From Leucoraja erinacea (taxonomy: Eukaryota): DNA of 64,000 nucleotides. The DNA lies in assembly GCF_028641065.1 (NCBI RefSeq), contig NC_073404.1, positions 13,888,001-13,952,000 of the forward strand, in the 5' to 3' direction. Below the pieces are notes generated by a model, which saw nothing but the letters and a program-made list of their open reading frames with translations, searched no databases and was not told the origin of the DNA. Of this stretch, positions 1 through 13,440 are shown in pieces; position 1 is the first letter of the stretch; each line of letters begins with the position of its first letter. A program made the position numbers and the translations under genes.

Positions 1-80
1 TCTTTGCATATTTTGTGTATAATATGCAAAATAAATAATTTCACCGCGGCATGTCACATGTGATAATAAACTATCAATCA

Positions 81-183
81 TCTGAAGTCTGAAGAAGGGT
101 CTCGACCCGAAACATTGCCTATTTCCTTCGCTCCATAGATGCTGCCTCACCCGCTGAGTTTCTCCAGCATTTTTGTCTACCAC
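81..183 (+). mobile_element. Short Penelope-derived element with hammerhead-like motif
   Basis: 13-bp direct repeat aaactatcaatca at 68-80 and 184-196; CTGAAGAAGGGTCTCGACCCGAAAC at 89-113. Confidence 0.75.
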
Positions 184-355
184 AAACTATCAATCAATCA
201 CTCATTATACAGCTCTTACTTTCTTCAATCCTTTGCTCACAGTATCACACGGTGAGTACAAATAAAACTCAGTCATCTTGAAAACATAAGAAACATGCTG
301 CTTCAAACTAGAAGATAACATTGTAAATCTGCACACAGCACAAACTATAACAAAC

Positions 356-3300
356 CTTTTGCTGAGTCATACGAGAGAAATCTATCAAACAGTTCATGCT
401 GGATAGGACTCCTGTCTGATGAACTGTAAGGCAGGATATCTTCATGGCTCACGTAGTCCAAACCTAAGACAAGGCAAAAGATCATATCAAAAAGATCTAA
501 CAGCAAGCGATATTGCACTCAGTTGTCGGGAAAATTGATTCCATAGCTCTGGCCAGAATCATCCAACTGCCCCCCCCCACCCCCAAAGCATATCATATTC
601 ATGTACTTGTCCAGCTGTCCTTTCAATGTTATAATCTACCACTTCCTCTGGGAGTTCATTCCACATATTCACCACCCTCTGTGTGGAAAAGGTTGCCCAT
701 CAGGTCTCCATAGATTTCCTCTCACCTTAAGCTTGTACTCTCTATTTTCAGACTTCCCCATGTGACCATCCATCTTATCTACATCGTTATGCAAATTAAT
801 TGAATCAAGCACACACTCAGATATAATAAGTCAATTTACATGTCGCAGGGCTACCTTTTATTCATTATCGTTGCACTATTAGGTCTTTAGTATATTATAT
901 GTCCATCACGATTTTGAATTACCAGTCCTAGACACACTTATCCCCTTCTGCTGGAAAAACTGGTCACCATCTTTGATGTTTGGCACGGTGCAAGGTCTTG
1001 CTTGAATATCTCTTATCCATCTGGAAAAGTGTTTGCCATTTCTGGCTCACTCTTCTCTTCAATACATTGATAGATTGTGACATTCTCATCTTTCTGTCAA
1101 CAGGATGCAGCAAACCAATACCATAGTAACTATAACAACCCAGAACATCATCTTTTCGGGATGCTTGACAAACTCGTCAATGTTGCATTTTCTCACCGGC
1201 TCTCCAACTGATCTCCAAACATGTTAACTCCTGAATCAGTAAATGGCTTTCTTCACTGAATAATACCTTTCTCCAGTCCTCATATGGCCACTCTTTTTTA
1301 AATATCAAATAATTATTTCTCCTTCTTATCATTTCTTTCTCATAGCAGGAAGAAGTTGTTTTTTTTCACATATCTTCTGGCTATACAGCCGACTAACTTA
1401 TGCATGCTTATGGGACTTTATAAAGAAGTTTGCAAAGCATATGTAGGATAGTTATGTAGTCGACAGGGAGAAAGGAAGTTAGACTGCAGGAGTGCAGATG
1501 GTCTGGTCAGTTGGGCAGAAAGATGACAAAAGGAGCAGAGTCTGGAGATGTGAGAGTTAGGCATTGGAGAGGTGCTTCAAAGCAATATAGACTATAAATA
1601 AAAGCTACCGAGGGCTTGCAAAAACAGATTGTCTTGGACAATATATCCACAAGTCCTTAAAAGGAGCAGACGTGGCCAAAAAAAAAGCACGAAAATGATT
1701 TGGACGAGGCACAGAATATAGGAGCTAGGAGACCATGCAACAAGTATACATAATACAATATACACAATACTAGTTATGCCAGCTCAAACTGTGGTCACCA
1801 CATTAGAAGTGAGATATAAATGCAGTTCAAGAGGTGCAGAGGAAGTTCAAAAATTTTGCCACGATTAGAATAATTGTGGCTGGGTGGGTAGATTATCAAG
1901 GTTTGGGGTTAAAGTCTTTGGAGCAGAAGGTGGTGAATGAAGATTCAGCTGAGGAACACAACATTATGAAGGATCTATACAGAGAAAAGCCCACTTCCAT
2001 TAGCAGAAGAATCAAAAACTGGAGTGAAAACACAGATATGACATACAACAAATCAGAACATGCTCTTCAGCCTACAAATAGAACACAGAATATTCATAGT
2101 ACAGCACAGGTATCAGTTCAGTTTTTGTCACGAGTACCGAGGTCAGTGAAAACATTTGTTAAAGTAAAAACCAATCAGCAGAAAGACAATACATAATTAC
2201 AATCAAGACATTCACCGTGTGTAGATGTATGATAAGGGCATAGTTAAAGTAAGAAATCTTGCTGTAGGAGTAGAGATTTAAAAGTGTGGAGTGATTATAA
2301 TGTGCGAATACAGATCAGCTTCTGTGATTAGCACACAAATAGTTGCCTCGGTTTGGCGCCATTTGGAAACTGCATAAACCCAGATTTAAAGTAATTAGTG
2401 AAAGGATTAGAAGGGAGACAATGTTAGGGGATCTGGAATACACCGACTGAAAGAGTAAGGGAGGTGTAAACCCTCATCACATTTAAATACTTGTATAATC
2501 AGTCAATTTACATATGGACTTGTTGGGTGGGATGATTAGGGTGGATAATTCTTTCCAAACATTACAGTCAAGATGGCCACCTTTGCTGTAAATTTTTGAC
2601 TACTCAATGAAGTATTCAATTGCACGCCTGAAGTAGGAGGGCTGAGGCTCTGAGGAGTTATGAGGGAGTAATGCACCACAGAATAAACACCTGCAGATAC
2701 AGCATTAAACAGTTGCTCCCGATAAGTTTTAGATGTTGAACTGATGCTACTTGTTGTTGATGTAACCCTTGATGTTGGCTTTTCAGGTCGAGCTGCATGC
2801 AAGCATGTATTCTTTCAATTCTAAGTGGAAGTGAATGGAACAACAACCATCATCCTCACTTTTTGACCTTGAGATGGAAAGATACTGATAAAGCAGCTGG
2901 AGGTGGTTGGGCTGCAGACACTGCCCTGATGTAATCCCACAACAATATCCTGGGGCTCAAACAACCAACTCCAACAAACACTGAATGGTGTTTCGTGGGT
3001 ACTGCTCACCACCAGGACTCAATAATGGCCAGTGCTCAGGTAGAATCCTGGACAGCATGCACTGCCAGGGCTTTCAACTTGAAGACACCTCACAACCAAC
3101 ACAATACTCTCCTCGCATAATGTACATATGCACACATGGTCCACCTTTTAATTCCCCCACCCTTTCAGTACCCTGGGTATTTCAACCAATCACAGAATCT
3201 TGACTGACTGGCTGACGTCAACTAACAAAGAACGCAGCAATTAAACCGTTTACCTGGAATAGCATAAAGGGCTCTGCTGTCATCATGGTTAGCAAGGAAA

Positions 3301-6300
3301 GTCACGGCCTCTGTCTGTGACCGCTGAGACTGAAACAAAAACGCTACAGTTACATACAATAATACGTTGGGAAGTTACATTAAAAGGCATGACAGCAAAC
3401 AAGCAATGGTCAACTTCTACAGAATTGATACGTGTTTGCAAGATTTAAACCACAAAACCCCTGCAAGAGAAGTGGTTCAGGTGTGACTATGAGGATAAAG
3501 GACCGTACTAAGCTAAAGGGAAAGTATAAGACTATGCCAATGATAAAGATAAAATCCAGACTGTATGAATTTCTACATACAAGTAATAAGGAAAAGATTA
3601 CAAAAGTTAATGCGAAACACTTAAGACTGAGATGGGAGTGTTTCTATTGGGCATAACCCCAAAGACTGGGCAAAATTCAGATTCCAACAGAGAAATAAGC
3701 AATAAAGAAATAGCAGAAAAATTAACATATATTTTGTGCTTATCTTCGGAGGAGGAAACTTCCTGGAAATAACAGAACAGGCGAGCATGAATGAGGAAGA
3801 GATGTTAGCACAGTGAGACAGTTAGAAGACTGAAGTAATTACCAAAGTAAATTAATCACTGGTACCTTCAATGCCTTCAATAAGATATCCAACAAGCGTT
3901 TATTAAACAATATTACAGCATGTGATGTAGGCGCAGATTGGTTATTTGACAGAAAACAAAATCAGAATAAATGAGCCGTTTAAGTTGGGAGGCTATTTGG
4001 ATCCTTGTGGAGTTTGTCTCAGTCCCTTCATCCACTTTGAAACTAATCAGCACACCATATTGAAGAGTTCAAGAAGGAACTGCAGATGCTGGAATATCGA
4101 AGGTACTTCGATCAGTCTGAAGAAGGGTTTCGGCCCGAAACGTCGCCTATTTCCTTCGCTCCATAGATGCTGCTGCACCCGCTGAGTTTCTCCAGCATTT
4201 TTGTGTACCACCATATTGAAGAAATGGTTTTGAAACCACATAGTTCTGCTCCACTAAATACAGGTGAAGCCCAGAGATCACCAGTGGACCTTTCTCCCAC
4301 TTAAATCATTCTAGAAGCTTTGTGCGAGTCCATAGCATTGATCAGAAGGGGCAAAATGTTGCTGATATGGCTTTACACAAGTGGCCAAGAAATGCCAGCC
4401 AGAAGCACAATCCCATCCGTGCATTACTCACACTTACTATATGAGGGCAGTCCCTGGTGTCAATCAGCACTTGATAGTAGGTGTGTGTTTTGCCTTTCAC
4501 CTCTTTGGAACCTTGAATGCCTGAACTTTCTGGTTTACTGTGAGCAAGAGAAAAAAAAAAGTGTTTATTAATTCATTGACTGCAGCCAGTGATGTATGTT
4601 TAAACAAAAAAGATGGTGGAAATCTGAAATAAAAATAGCAAATGCCAGAAATCCAAAGTTTAGATGAAGTAACTGATTAATTAACTCTTTCTCTCTCCAC
4701 AGATAATGTGACCAACTGTAGATTGCCAGCACTTTCCATTTTTATTAAGGGCGACAGGTAACCCCTGCGTTTCTGGCCACATGTGCAAGTGACATGGCTT
4801 CAGGCTATGAAATTTGCGATCTGGGCCTTTCTAGGAACACAACCCCACTCACCCACCTCAGTAACACCACGATTGTCTGTACTAAATTCCAAGTACCATA
4901 TTCACACCACAGAGATGCAGCAAACAACCCCACAGCCCTTGGTCGAGACTGGGAAAAGCCAAAAGCATTTTGATTTAATAAACAAGGCAAGGATAAAGAG
5001 AAATATGCTCCTTGAAGTTGCTGAATCAACTTTTCAAATTCACTGCAACTGGCAGGCATCGGGACTCCAATAGTGCAGTTCAGCTAGTAGAGGTGTGGCC
5101 TCAGTCCAGCAACCCAGGTTCAATCCCAGTTTGTAGTGCTGTCTGTATGGAGTTTGTGCATTCTCCGTCACTGCGCGAGTTCCCCTGGATAAACAATTGC
5201 CTCTCACATGCTAAAGACATGGGTTGGTACATTAATTGGCTGCCATAAATAGCCCTAAGTAAGCAGTAGAATCTCCAGGGAGAAGCTGATAGGAATGTGG
5301 GGAAGAAAAATTGCGATTACTGTAAAGTTAGAGTGGTGGCCCTTTGCTTAGGGTTGGCAGACTCCGTAGGGTGTAGGTTTTGTGTCTGCTGTGTGACTCA
5401 ATGAAGGGACTCAACCATCAGACAGTATAGTTCTAGCAAGAACCTGGTGACACCATTCCAGACACTGGATCACACTGGCCACCTACAAGGGGGATACACA
5501 GTAATTGTTTATACTTTGATTATTACAACTTGAATTTAAGCATTTCAAGTCCCTGCTCCCAGCACATCAATCCCAAGAGTCCCTTTCCCTCCCTCCTTAT
5601 TTATCACAATTAATTCTCCCTCACATCCTCAGCAACTCCCCTTCAATGCTTTTGCTATCTTATTCCAATAAGTGGTATTCTACAATAGCCAACTAAGCTA
5701 CCCACACATCATTGGGATGTGGGTGGAAACCAGAGCACTGGGAAGAATCTCAGACGGTCCCAGGGAGAATAAGCAAAATCTGTATAGACAGAACCCGAGG
5801 TCAGGGTCAAGCGTGGGTTAGCACAGGTTCACACTGCATACCTTCCCAAGGGAAGAGTGCACATTGTGCTTCCCTCGATTGCCACGCTGCAATTTCAACC
5901 TATGCGCCTCACGCAACCAAAACATGTTCCCCACTAACTTCAATATTCTACCTTCACAAGCACCACGGGAAATTAGCTGGAGCAACGAGTGGCTTGCAAA
6001 CAATCACTTGTACCTGTCAGGGGTGGATGAAGCCACATCACGATCGTAGAGCCTGGCATGCCAAGGGAACAGGACAATTCCTCGGTATCCAAACACACTG
6101 TGCAGAAATAGCTGCAGACAAAGCACATGAGAAGATCATTGTGTCTGATGAATCATGACCCAAAATGTCAGCTGTCCATTTCCACTCCAGATGCTGCCTG
6201 ACCTACTGAGTACAGGTGCACAACCTTTTATCCGGTGTTCCAGAAACCGAAAAGCTCCGAAAACCGGCCATTTTTTCCAGATGTCGTCTGCGCACCAAAG

Positions 6301-9300
6301 CTCGCGTTTGGCGCCAAATTTGACCCAAAACGACCCACGGTCAACCCAGGTCTGTACTACTGTAGCGGCTGCCTCCTCCCTGGAGACGCTTAAACATCTG
6401 TAAATCATTGCTTAAATGTTAGTCAGTTAGTTTGGAGGGCTTTTATGTGAAGGGGGGTGAAGGGGTAAACTTTAATTCTTAGTCCCCTACCTGGTCGGAG
6501 AGGCGGGGAGCGGTCAATGCCTTACCGGGTCGCTGTGCAGTAAGCTCCGCAGCGCTGTGGCCGGTGGGGCCGCAGCGGCACCGGTTGTAGCTCCGACCCC
6601 GGCAACTCTACCCCTGGCTGCGAGGCGCTCCAAATCCAGCGGCCCGCGGCCGGACGCCCCAGCTCCGCGAATGTCGGGAGTCGGCGACGTCGCAGCGCTG
6701 GGATACCAGCGGGGTGCGGGCAATGCCTTACCGGGTCGCCGTGCGGCAAGCTCCGGAGCGCTGTGGCCGCCGACACACAACATCGCGGAGCGTCGCTGGA
6801 TTTGGAGCCGCGCAGCCAGGGGTAGAGTTGCCGGGGTCGGAGCTCCAACCGGCGCCGCCCGCGGCCGGACGGAGCCCTCAGCTCCGCGGCTCCAAATCCA
6901 GCGACGCTCCGCGAATGTTGGAAGAAGGCGGCCACAGCGCTCCGGAGCTTGCCGCACGGCGACCCGGTAAGGCATTGCCCGCTCCCCGCTGGTATCCCAG
7001 CGCTGCGACGCTGCCGACTCCCGACATTCTCGGAGCTGGGACGTCCGGCCGCGGGCCGCGCTGGATTTGGAGCGCCTCGCAGCCAGGGGTAGAGTTGCCG
7101 GGGTCGGAGTTCCAACCGGCGCCGCCCGCGGCCGGACGGAGCCCTCAGCTCCGCGAGGTTGGGAGTCGCCGACCAGGTAGGTAGGGGACTAAGAATTAAA
7201 GTTTCCCCCTTCACCCCTACACCACCACCACCACATAAAATCCCTCCAAACTAACTGACTAACATTTATGCAATGATTCTCCCCGGTCTCCGGGGAGGAG
7301 GCAGCTGCTCCAGACTTTTCAAGCCGCCTGCGCTACCTACCTAATCTACGCTAAAAATCTTCCATTCTGAAATCCGAAAATGTCCGAAATCCGACAAGTG
7401 TCTGGTCCCAAGGCTTTCGGATAAAAGGTTGTGCACCTGTATCTGCAGCACATTTTATTTTGCTCAAGATTTACAAGTTACCGGGTTTCCGAGCTAGCAC
7501 TCTGGCACTGCAGCCCGCCCAGGGTTTGCTCCAGAATTATTCAATCCTAAGTTTTCTAGCATATGGAATAAGTAGTAATCAGGACAATGGGAAGCTTTTG
7601 AGTTTAGTTTAGAAATACAGCATGGAAACAGGCCTTTTGTCCCACAGAGTCCATGCTGACCATTGGGCATTCGTACAGAAGTTCAATTCAATCCAATCCA
7701 ATTCAATTCAATTCAATTCAACTTTAATGTAATTGCACAAATACAAGTATGGGTACAACGAAATGCAGTTTAGCGTCAGTCCGTAGTAATAGTGCAATAT
7801 AGAAATAAAAATACAGAATAAGCAAACAATGTGGACGGAGAGACTGGAGAAATCTATCGGCGGGACTCCGAGTTCAGCAATGTGATAGTGTTGTTGTAGA
7901 AGCTGTTCCTCATCCTACTAGTACGAGACCCGAGGCTCCTGTACGGCCTCCCTGATGGGAGGAGGGCAAACAGTCCACGGTTGGGGTGGAGGGGTCTTTG
8001 ATGATCTTCCCGGCCCGTCTCAGACACCGTTTTCGGTGGAGGGCATCCATCGAAAAGTTCTATGTTATGTCACTTTTGCATCCTACACACTCAGGGGAAT
8101 TTACAGAAGCCAATTAACCTTCAAACCTGCACATCTTCGAATGTGGGAGGAGATTGGAACACCCCGAGAAACGGTTGCACGGTGTTGCAGCTGTAGAGTG
8201 CGGCCTTACAGCACTAGAGACCCAGGTTCGATCCTGAATACTGGGGCTGTCTGGACGGAGTTTGTATGTTCTCCTCCTGACCTGTGTTCGATTTCTCTGG
8301 GATCTCCAGTTTCCCCCCACACTCCAAAGATGTACATGTTTGTAGGCTAATTGGCTTTGTATAATTGTAAATTGTCCCTAGTGTGTGAAGGAGAGTGTTA
8401 GTGTGCGGGGATCGCTGGTCGGTATAGACTCAATGGGCCGAAAGGCCAGTTTTCACACTGTATTTCTAAACTAAACTAAAACCCACACAGTCACAGGGAG
8501 AATGTACAAACTCTGCACACAACACATGTAATTAGGACAAACCCAGGTCTCTGGCACTGTGATCTCTATCACAGTGCCACTGTATTCTCCTTGCAGTAGA
8601 AAGTAAGGCAAGCCATTCTACCTCATAGGTGATTAGGAAAGCTACCCACATATTAGCTTTTACTGTAAGAGGATTGATCTTAGAAAAGGGAGACTTGTTA
8701 CAATTGAACAGGACATTTGTCTGGTTTGTAAAGTACGTCGCTCAGTTTTAGTCCCCTTTTGGAAATGATATATTGACATTGGGGGCAGTCCGAAAGAGAT
8801 TCAATATGTTAATCCCAGGGATACGAGAGGTGACCTTTCACATGGCTTTACAAATCAGATGCATATTCTTTGGCGTTTAGAAGAATCAAGGGCGATCTTA
8901 TTGAAACATAAGATTAGGTGTGGGGACAGAGAGGCACAGCAGCATAGATGAGATGTTTCTATGAGGGGGAGAATCTTGAACAAGGGGATATAGTTTCAAG
9001 ATTAGGGAGTAGTCATTTAAATCAAGGTGCTGATAAATTTGTCTTTAGACAGAGAATGGTTGATTCCTGAAGGGAATTCTTGAGGGATATTTAAAGACAG
9101 GTCTGGTATTCCAGTTTTCAGGTCGAACCAGAGATCTCTTACCTGTCCTGTTTCGTATTTTCCCTGCAGTTTAGGTGCCTCAAACACTCCAACCGTCTCC
9201 AACACTTTGCCTTCAGGGCGATTTCTGGGGAGACAGAGATAACCATTGTAGACAAGACTGAATTCAATGGGGATGCAGGGGGCAGTGCAGTTGTCAGAGA

Positions 9301-11742
9301 GAAACAACTGGGTGTGGGGATGTAAGGTAAAGGGAAGGAAAAAGGAGCAGGGATAAGTGAGATAGTGGGAGTGGGTGGCGAGAAACGAGGATAAAGTTGG
9401 TCATTTTACACAAGTGAGGAGCGGGACCGGGTAGTGGGATGGGAAGCTGGAAGATCAGGTGGACAGTATGGCAGAGTAGGATGGATGGAGGAGTACCATC
9501 AGGGGTAAAGTCAAGTCAAGTCACATTTATTTATATAGCACATTTAAAATACAACTCTCGTTGGCCAAAGTGCTTTACATTTGTTATAAGAATAGCACAA
9601 CAAAACAAACTACATACATATATACATGTAGCCCACACTCAGAGGACATCAGGAAAGGCTTGGGAGTATAGATAAGTCTTTAGTCTTGACTTAAAAGAGT
9701 CGATGGAGGGGGCAGTTCTGATGGGAAAGGGGATGCTGTTCCACAGTCTAGGGGCTGCAACCGCAAAGGCGCGGTCGCCCCTGAGCTTAGGCCTAGACCG
9801 TGGGATATTCAGCAACCCCAAGTCGGCCGATCTGAGGGGCCTGAAGGTGGAGTGGTGGGTGAGAAGACTTTTTATGTAGGTGGGGGCAAGCCCATTGAGG
9901 GCTTTGTAGACATGGAGGAGGATCTTGAAGTTTATACGGAACTGCACAGGGAGCCAGTGGAGAGAGGCCAGGATCGGGGTGATGTGGTCCTTTTTTCGGG
10001 TCCCGGTCAGGCGTCTCGATGCGGCGTTTTGGACCAGTTGCAGGCGGGACAGCGAAGATTGGCTGATGCCAGTGTAAAGGGAGTTGCAGTAATCTAGGCG
10101 GGAGGAGATGAATGTGTGGATGATCTTTTCCAGGTCATCAAACTGGAGGAATTGTTTTATTTTAGCTATCGTCCGAAGCTGAAAGAGGCTAGCTTTTACC
10201 ACGGCATTGACTTGTTTGTCAAATTTCAGTGCCGAGTCAAATATCACGCCAAGGTTTTTGAAGTGAGGTTTGAGTAGTGGGGTAAGGCTTCCAAGGCTGC
10301 CTGCTATCATTTTGATTGAGTTCGAGGAGCCGAGAAGGATGACCTCAGACTTACTCTCGTTTGGTTGGAGGAAGTTTTGGGCCATCCAACACTTTATATC
10401 CTCGAGGCAGTGGGTAAGGTTAAACAGATTTGATTGGTTTTTGGGCTTCAGGGGGATAGAGTTGGGTATCGTCTGCGTAGCAATGGAAGGAAATGCCGTG
10501 CCTTTCAATGACTTGGCCTAAGGGGAGCATATACAGGGAGAAGAGAATGGGGCCAAGGATGGAACCTTGTGGAACCCCACAGCAGAGATTAGCTGGGGAG
10601 GAGAATGAGTTGCTTATGTTAGTCGAGAAACTCCTACCTTTGAGGTAGGAGATGAACCAGCTCAGGGCAGTGCCATCAATACCAACCCCATACCGGAGAC
10701 GGTCAATTAGGATACTGTGGTCGACAGTATCAAATGCTGCACTGAGGTCAAGAAGGAGCAGAATTGCACAGTCGCCGGAGTCAACGGTGAGCAGTAGGTC
10801 ATTGTGTACCTTCAACAAGGCAGACTCTGTGCTATGGTGAGCCCTGAAATCTGATTGGAAAGTTTCCAAGATAGTGTTTTGGTGAAGGTAAGGTATAAGT
10901 TGACTTAAAATTACCTTTTCAAAGGCTTTTGAGAGGAAAGGCAGTTTAGAAATGGGTCTGTAGTTGCTTGGCAAGGTGGGGTCGAGGTTAGGTTTTTTCA
11001 GGAGTGGTTGGACAACCGCATGCTTGAAGCAGGTAGGTACAATGTCAGTGGCCAGAGAGCTGTTGAAGATGGCGAGGATGCTGGGACCAGCTGTTGTAAT
11101 GACGTCCTTTAGGACGCAGAGGGGACAGTGTCGAGAGGGCAGGTAGTAGGTTTCATGGTGGTGATCAGTTTTACAGAAGCATGGGGAGTGAGCTAGGACT
11201 GAAGGAGTGATGGGGATTGAGGAGGTAACTCAGGGTGGGAGGGGGCGCTAGGCTAAGGCCATGTTTAGTGGGGGGTGGGGGGTGGGGGGGGGGCACCGGG
11301 CCGGGATTGTGCCCAGGGCGGGGGACATCGAGCCAGAAGCATGCCTGGAGTGTGGGGCACTGGGCCTGAACCGTGCTCGCTGTGGGAGACACCGGGCCGG
11401 GGCCGGGACCGTGCCCGGGGTGGGGGGTCACCGAGTCGGGACGGTAGCCGGGGTGGGGAGGCGAGGGGAAGAGAGCGGACATTGGCTGAGCAGTGAGACA
11501 CGAGTAATTCCAGCAAAAAATATTCCGCACTTGTACAGCCTGTTATCGGACTTCTCTCTGGCCGAGCCCGAGGCTTACGGCAGCGCTAACGCCGAACCGG
11601 GGCCTTACCTGGATGATAGGAGCCGGACTTGCTGATGGCGCTGGCCGATGCTGCAGGCGCGGCACACGGCGATAACCCGAAGTGCGGCGACGGAATGCCT
11701 GGCCAAGGCCGAAACGCAAAATCCTAGGGCCGGAGCCGCCAT
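356..11742 (-). CDS. POLDIP2: Polymerase delta-interacting protein 2, exons 1-6 (3' part lies beyond the left edge)
   Basis: Minus-strand exons with GT-AG ends and matching phases: 11742-11609 ([10 protein letters not shown]...VRLLSS, transit-peptide-like), 9224-9143 ([28 protein letters not shown]), 6111-6014 ([32 protein letters not shown]), 4537-4438 ([33 protein letters not shown]), 3329-3254 ([25 protein letters not shown]), 463-356 ([36 protein letters not shown]). Peptides are near-identical to vertebrate POLDIP2 as recalled. Confidence 0.96.
880..1420 (-). mobile_element. Degenerate Tc1/mariner transposase fragment
   Basis: Minus-strand translations with frameshifts: [16 protein letters not shown] (first catalytic D region, cf. 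FSDES), [23 protein letters not shown] (cf. FQQDNAPCHTS). Boundaries approximate. Confidence 0.7.
4067..4208 (+). mobile_element. Short Penelope-derived element with intact hammerhead-like motif
   Basis: 14-bp direct repeat caccatattgaaga at 4053-4066 and 4209-4222; motif at 4117-4144. Confidence 0.8.
5065..5395 (+). mobile_element. Old tRNA-derived SINE (HE1/V-SINE-like)
   Basis: B-box-like ggttcaatccc and central gtatggagtttgtgcattctcc motif shared with the 8175-8480 copy. Confidence 0.55.
6213..7439. mobile_element. Non-autonomous Tc1/mariner (Tigger/pogo-like) DNA transposon
   Basis: Perfect 22-bp TIR CAGGTGCACAACCTTTTATCCG (6213-6234; inverse 7418-7439) with TA on both sides. GC-rich interior with direct and inverted repeats; it splits an older short repeat. 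Confidence 0.88.
7683..8050 (-). mobile_element. Rex1/Babar-like LINE 3' fragment with (TTGAA)n tail
   Basis: (caatt)n tract 7683-7720; minus strand encodes a [22 protein letters not shown]-like C-terminus typical of Rex1. Confidence 0.6.
8175..8480 (+). mobile_element. tRNA-derived SINE (HE1/V-SINE-like), nested in an opposite-strand copy
   Basis: ggttcgatcc B-box, conserved core (gagtttgtatgttctcc..ccacactccaaagatgt), CR1-like 3' end with (ctaaa)n tail. Confidence 0.75.
9508..11172 (-). mobile_element. L2-clade LINE, 5'-truncated ORF2 (reverse transcriptase) in POLDIP2 intron 1
   Basis: [59 protein letters not shown]; frameshift near 10465; (cttga)n 3' tail 9508-9523. Confidence 0.93.
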
Positions 11743-12060
11743 GACAGTGCGGGGCGGGGCCTGTGCGCCGTGCTGCGCGGCGAGACCAGGCCGGAACCGG
11801 CTCCCAGTTACCCCAACGCCAGGCCGTACCCGCGCTGCCCACAACCAAGATGGCGCAGGTTGTCATGCCGACGGGCCTTGCGAGGCTTGAAGCCTGAGTC
11901 TGAAGTAAGAGCAAGGTCAGAGCTCGTTGCGGAATTACCTCAGGTCGTGGCCGTTTCCATTCGCGCAGGTGAGATTTAACGTTGAAATCGGACCGAGGGC
12001 GGCGAATCTGCCAGTGGGATTTTACAAATTCCGTGCCGGGCCTTGAGATCCGCCGGGCCT
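11540..12060. promoter_or_regulatory. CpG-island bidirectional promoter, POLDIP2 / TMEM199
   Basis: CpG-dense; GC boxes (ggggcggggc ~11751), CCGGAA (ETS-like) ~11791, YY1-type CAAGATGGCG 11846-11855. POLDIP2 ATG at 11742 on minus; plus-strand donors gtaaga 11905 and gtgaga 11969. Confidence 0.75.
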
Positions 12061-12208
12061 GAAGTCAAAGTCCTGCTGTCTGGGACGATGAGTGGTGCAT
12101 GATAGACGGTGGGAGTGCGATCATGTCATGGTGCAGCGGACGGCCTTGATGTGAATGTTTTACAGATTTCCTCCCTCTCCACAGATGTTGCCTGATTTGT
12201 TGAGTATT

Positions 12209-13440
12209 CAAAGGTTTCAAAGGTCTTTTATTAGTACAGTGATATGAGAATTATCAAACAGCCATAGAAAAAAAAGCAACAAGACACAAAACTACATAAA
12301 AGTTAACATAAACATCCACCACAGGGGATTCCCCACATTCCTCAATGTGATGGTAGGCAAAACAGACCAGGTTTTTCCTCTATTCTCCCGCAGTCGGGGC
12401 AGTCATATGTTGATAGAATGGAGTGGCTGGGCTTGTATACTCTGGAATTTAGAAGGATGAGAGGATATCTTATTGAAGCATATACGATTATTAAGGGATT
12501 GGACACGCTAGAGGCAGGAACATGTTCTTGATGTTGGGGGAGTCCAGAACCAGGGACCACAGTTTAAGAATAAGGGATAGGCCATTTAGAATGGAGATGA
12601 GGAAAAACTTTTTCACCCAGAGAGTTGTGAATCTGTGGAATTCTCTGCCTCAGAAGGCAGTGGAGGCCAATTCTCTGGATGTTTTCAAGAGAGAGTTAGA
12701 TAGAGCTCTTAAAGGTAGTGGAGTCAGGAGATATGGTATGGTGAGAAGGCAGGAAATGGGGTACAGAATGTGGATGATCAGCCATGATCACAGTGAATGG
12801 CGGTGCTGGTTCGAAGGGCAAAATCAAAGATTATAGAGGAGCTCCTCTATAATCTGGGCAAAATGGCCGAATGGCCTACTCCTGCACCTATTGTCTATTG
12901 TCAGTCGAACCATTGTCGCTGCGATCAAAGCTCCCGCGTCGGGGTGATCGAAACTCACGGGGCTTGGAGTTCCCGAAGTTGGTCTCTCACCGGAGACCTC
13001 GGGCTCCATGATGTTAAAGTCTGCAGGCACCCACGGTTGGAGCTCCGAGGTCGATCCCTGGCGGGCTTTAACAAAGGGATTGCGGGCTCCGCGATCTTAA
13101 AGTCCCGTAGGCACCCGCAGTGGAGCTCTCGAAATCGGTCTCCAGCAAAGGCCGCCAACTTCTCGATGTTAGGCCGCAGTGCGGACAGAGATATGATACG
13201 GGAAATAACCGCATCTCCATCGAGGTAAGAGATTAGAAAATGTTTCCCACATTTCCCCCCCCCCCCCCCCATCCCCTTTCCTTCCCTCCCTTCCCTTCCA
13301 CCTACCCCACCCCCACCCCCACATAAAACAAGCTGAAGAACACTAAAAACATACGTTTAACACATACTATTAGAACACAAAGAAGGAAAGGACAGACAGA
13401 CTGTTGGCAAGGCAGCCATTGCTGGCGCCGCCCAGTGGTT
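12209..13440 (-). mobile_element. Non-LTR-derived non-autonomous repeat (minus) interrupted by a CR1 3' fragment (plus, ~12410-12900)
   Basis: 3' end 12209-12360 matches the inverse of 16906-17070 (tail cctttgaacctttgaaa). The CR1 piece has [15 protein letters not shown] and a ctattgt tail. Confidence 0.6.

Noticed and set aside
6514-7214. Four overlapping 137-230 aa ORFs on both strands
   Set aside because: They lie inside a GC-rich non-autonomous transposon; the peptides are repetitive and Ala/Arg/Pro-rich with no domain.
8175-8250. tRNA-like sequence with GGTTCGATCC
   Set aside because: It is the head of a SINE and continues into SINE core and tail; no complete cloverleaf.
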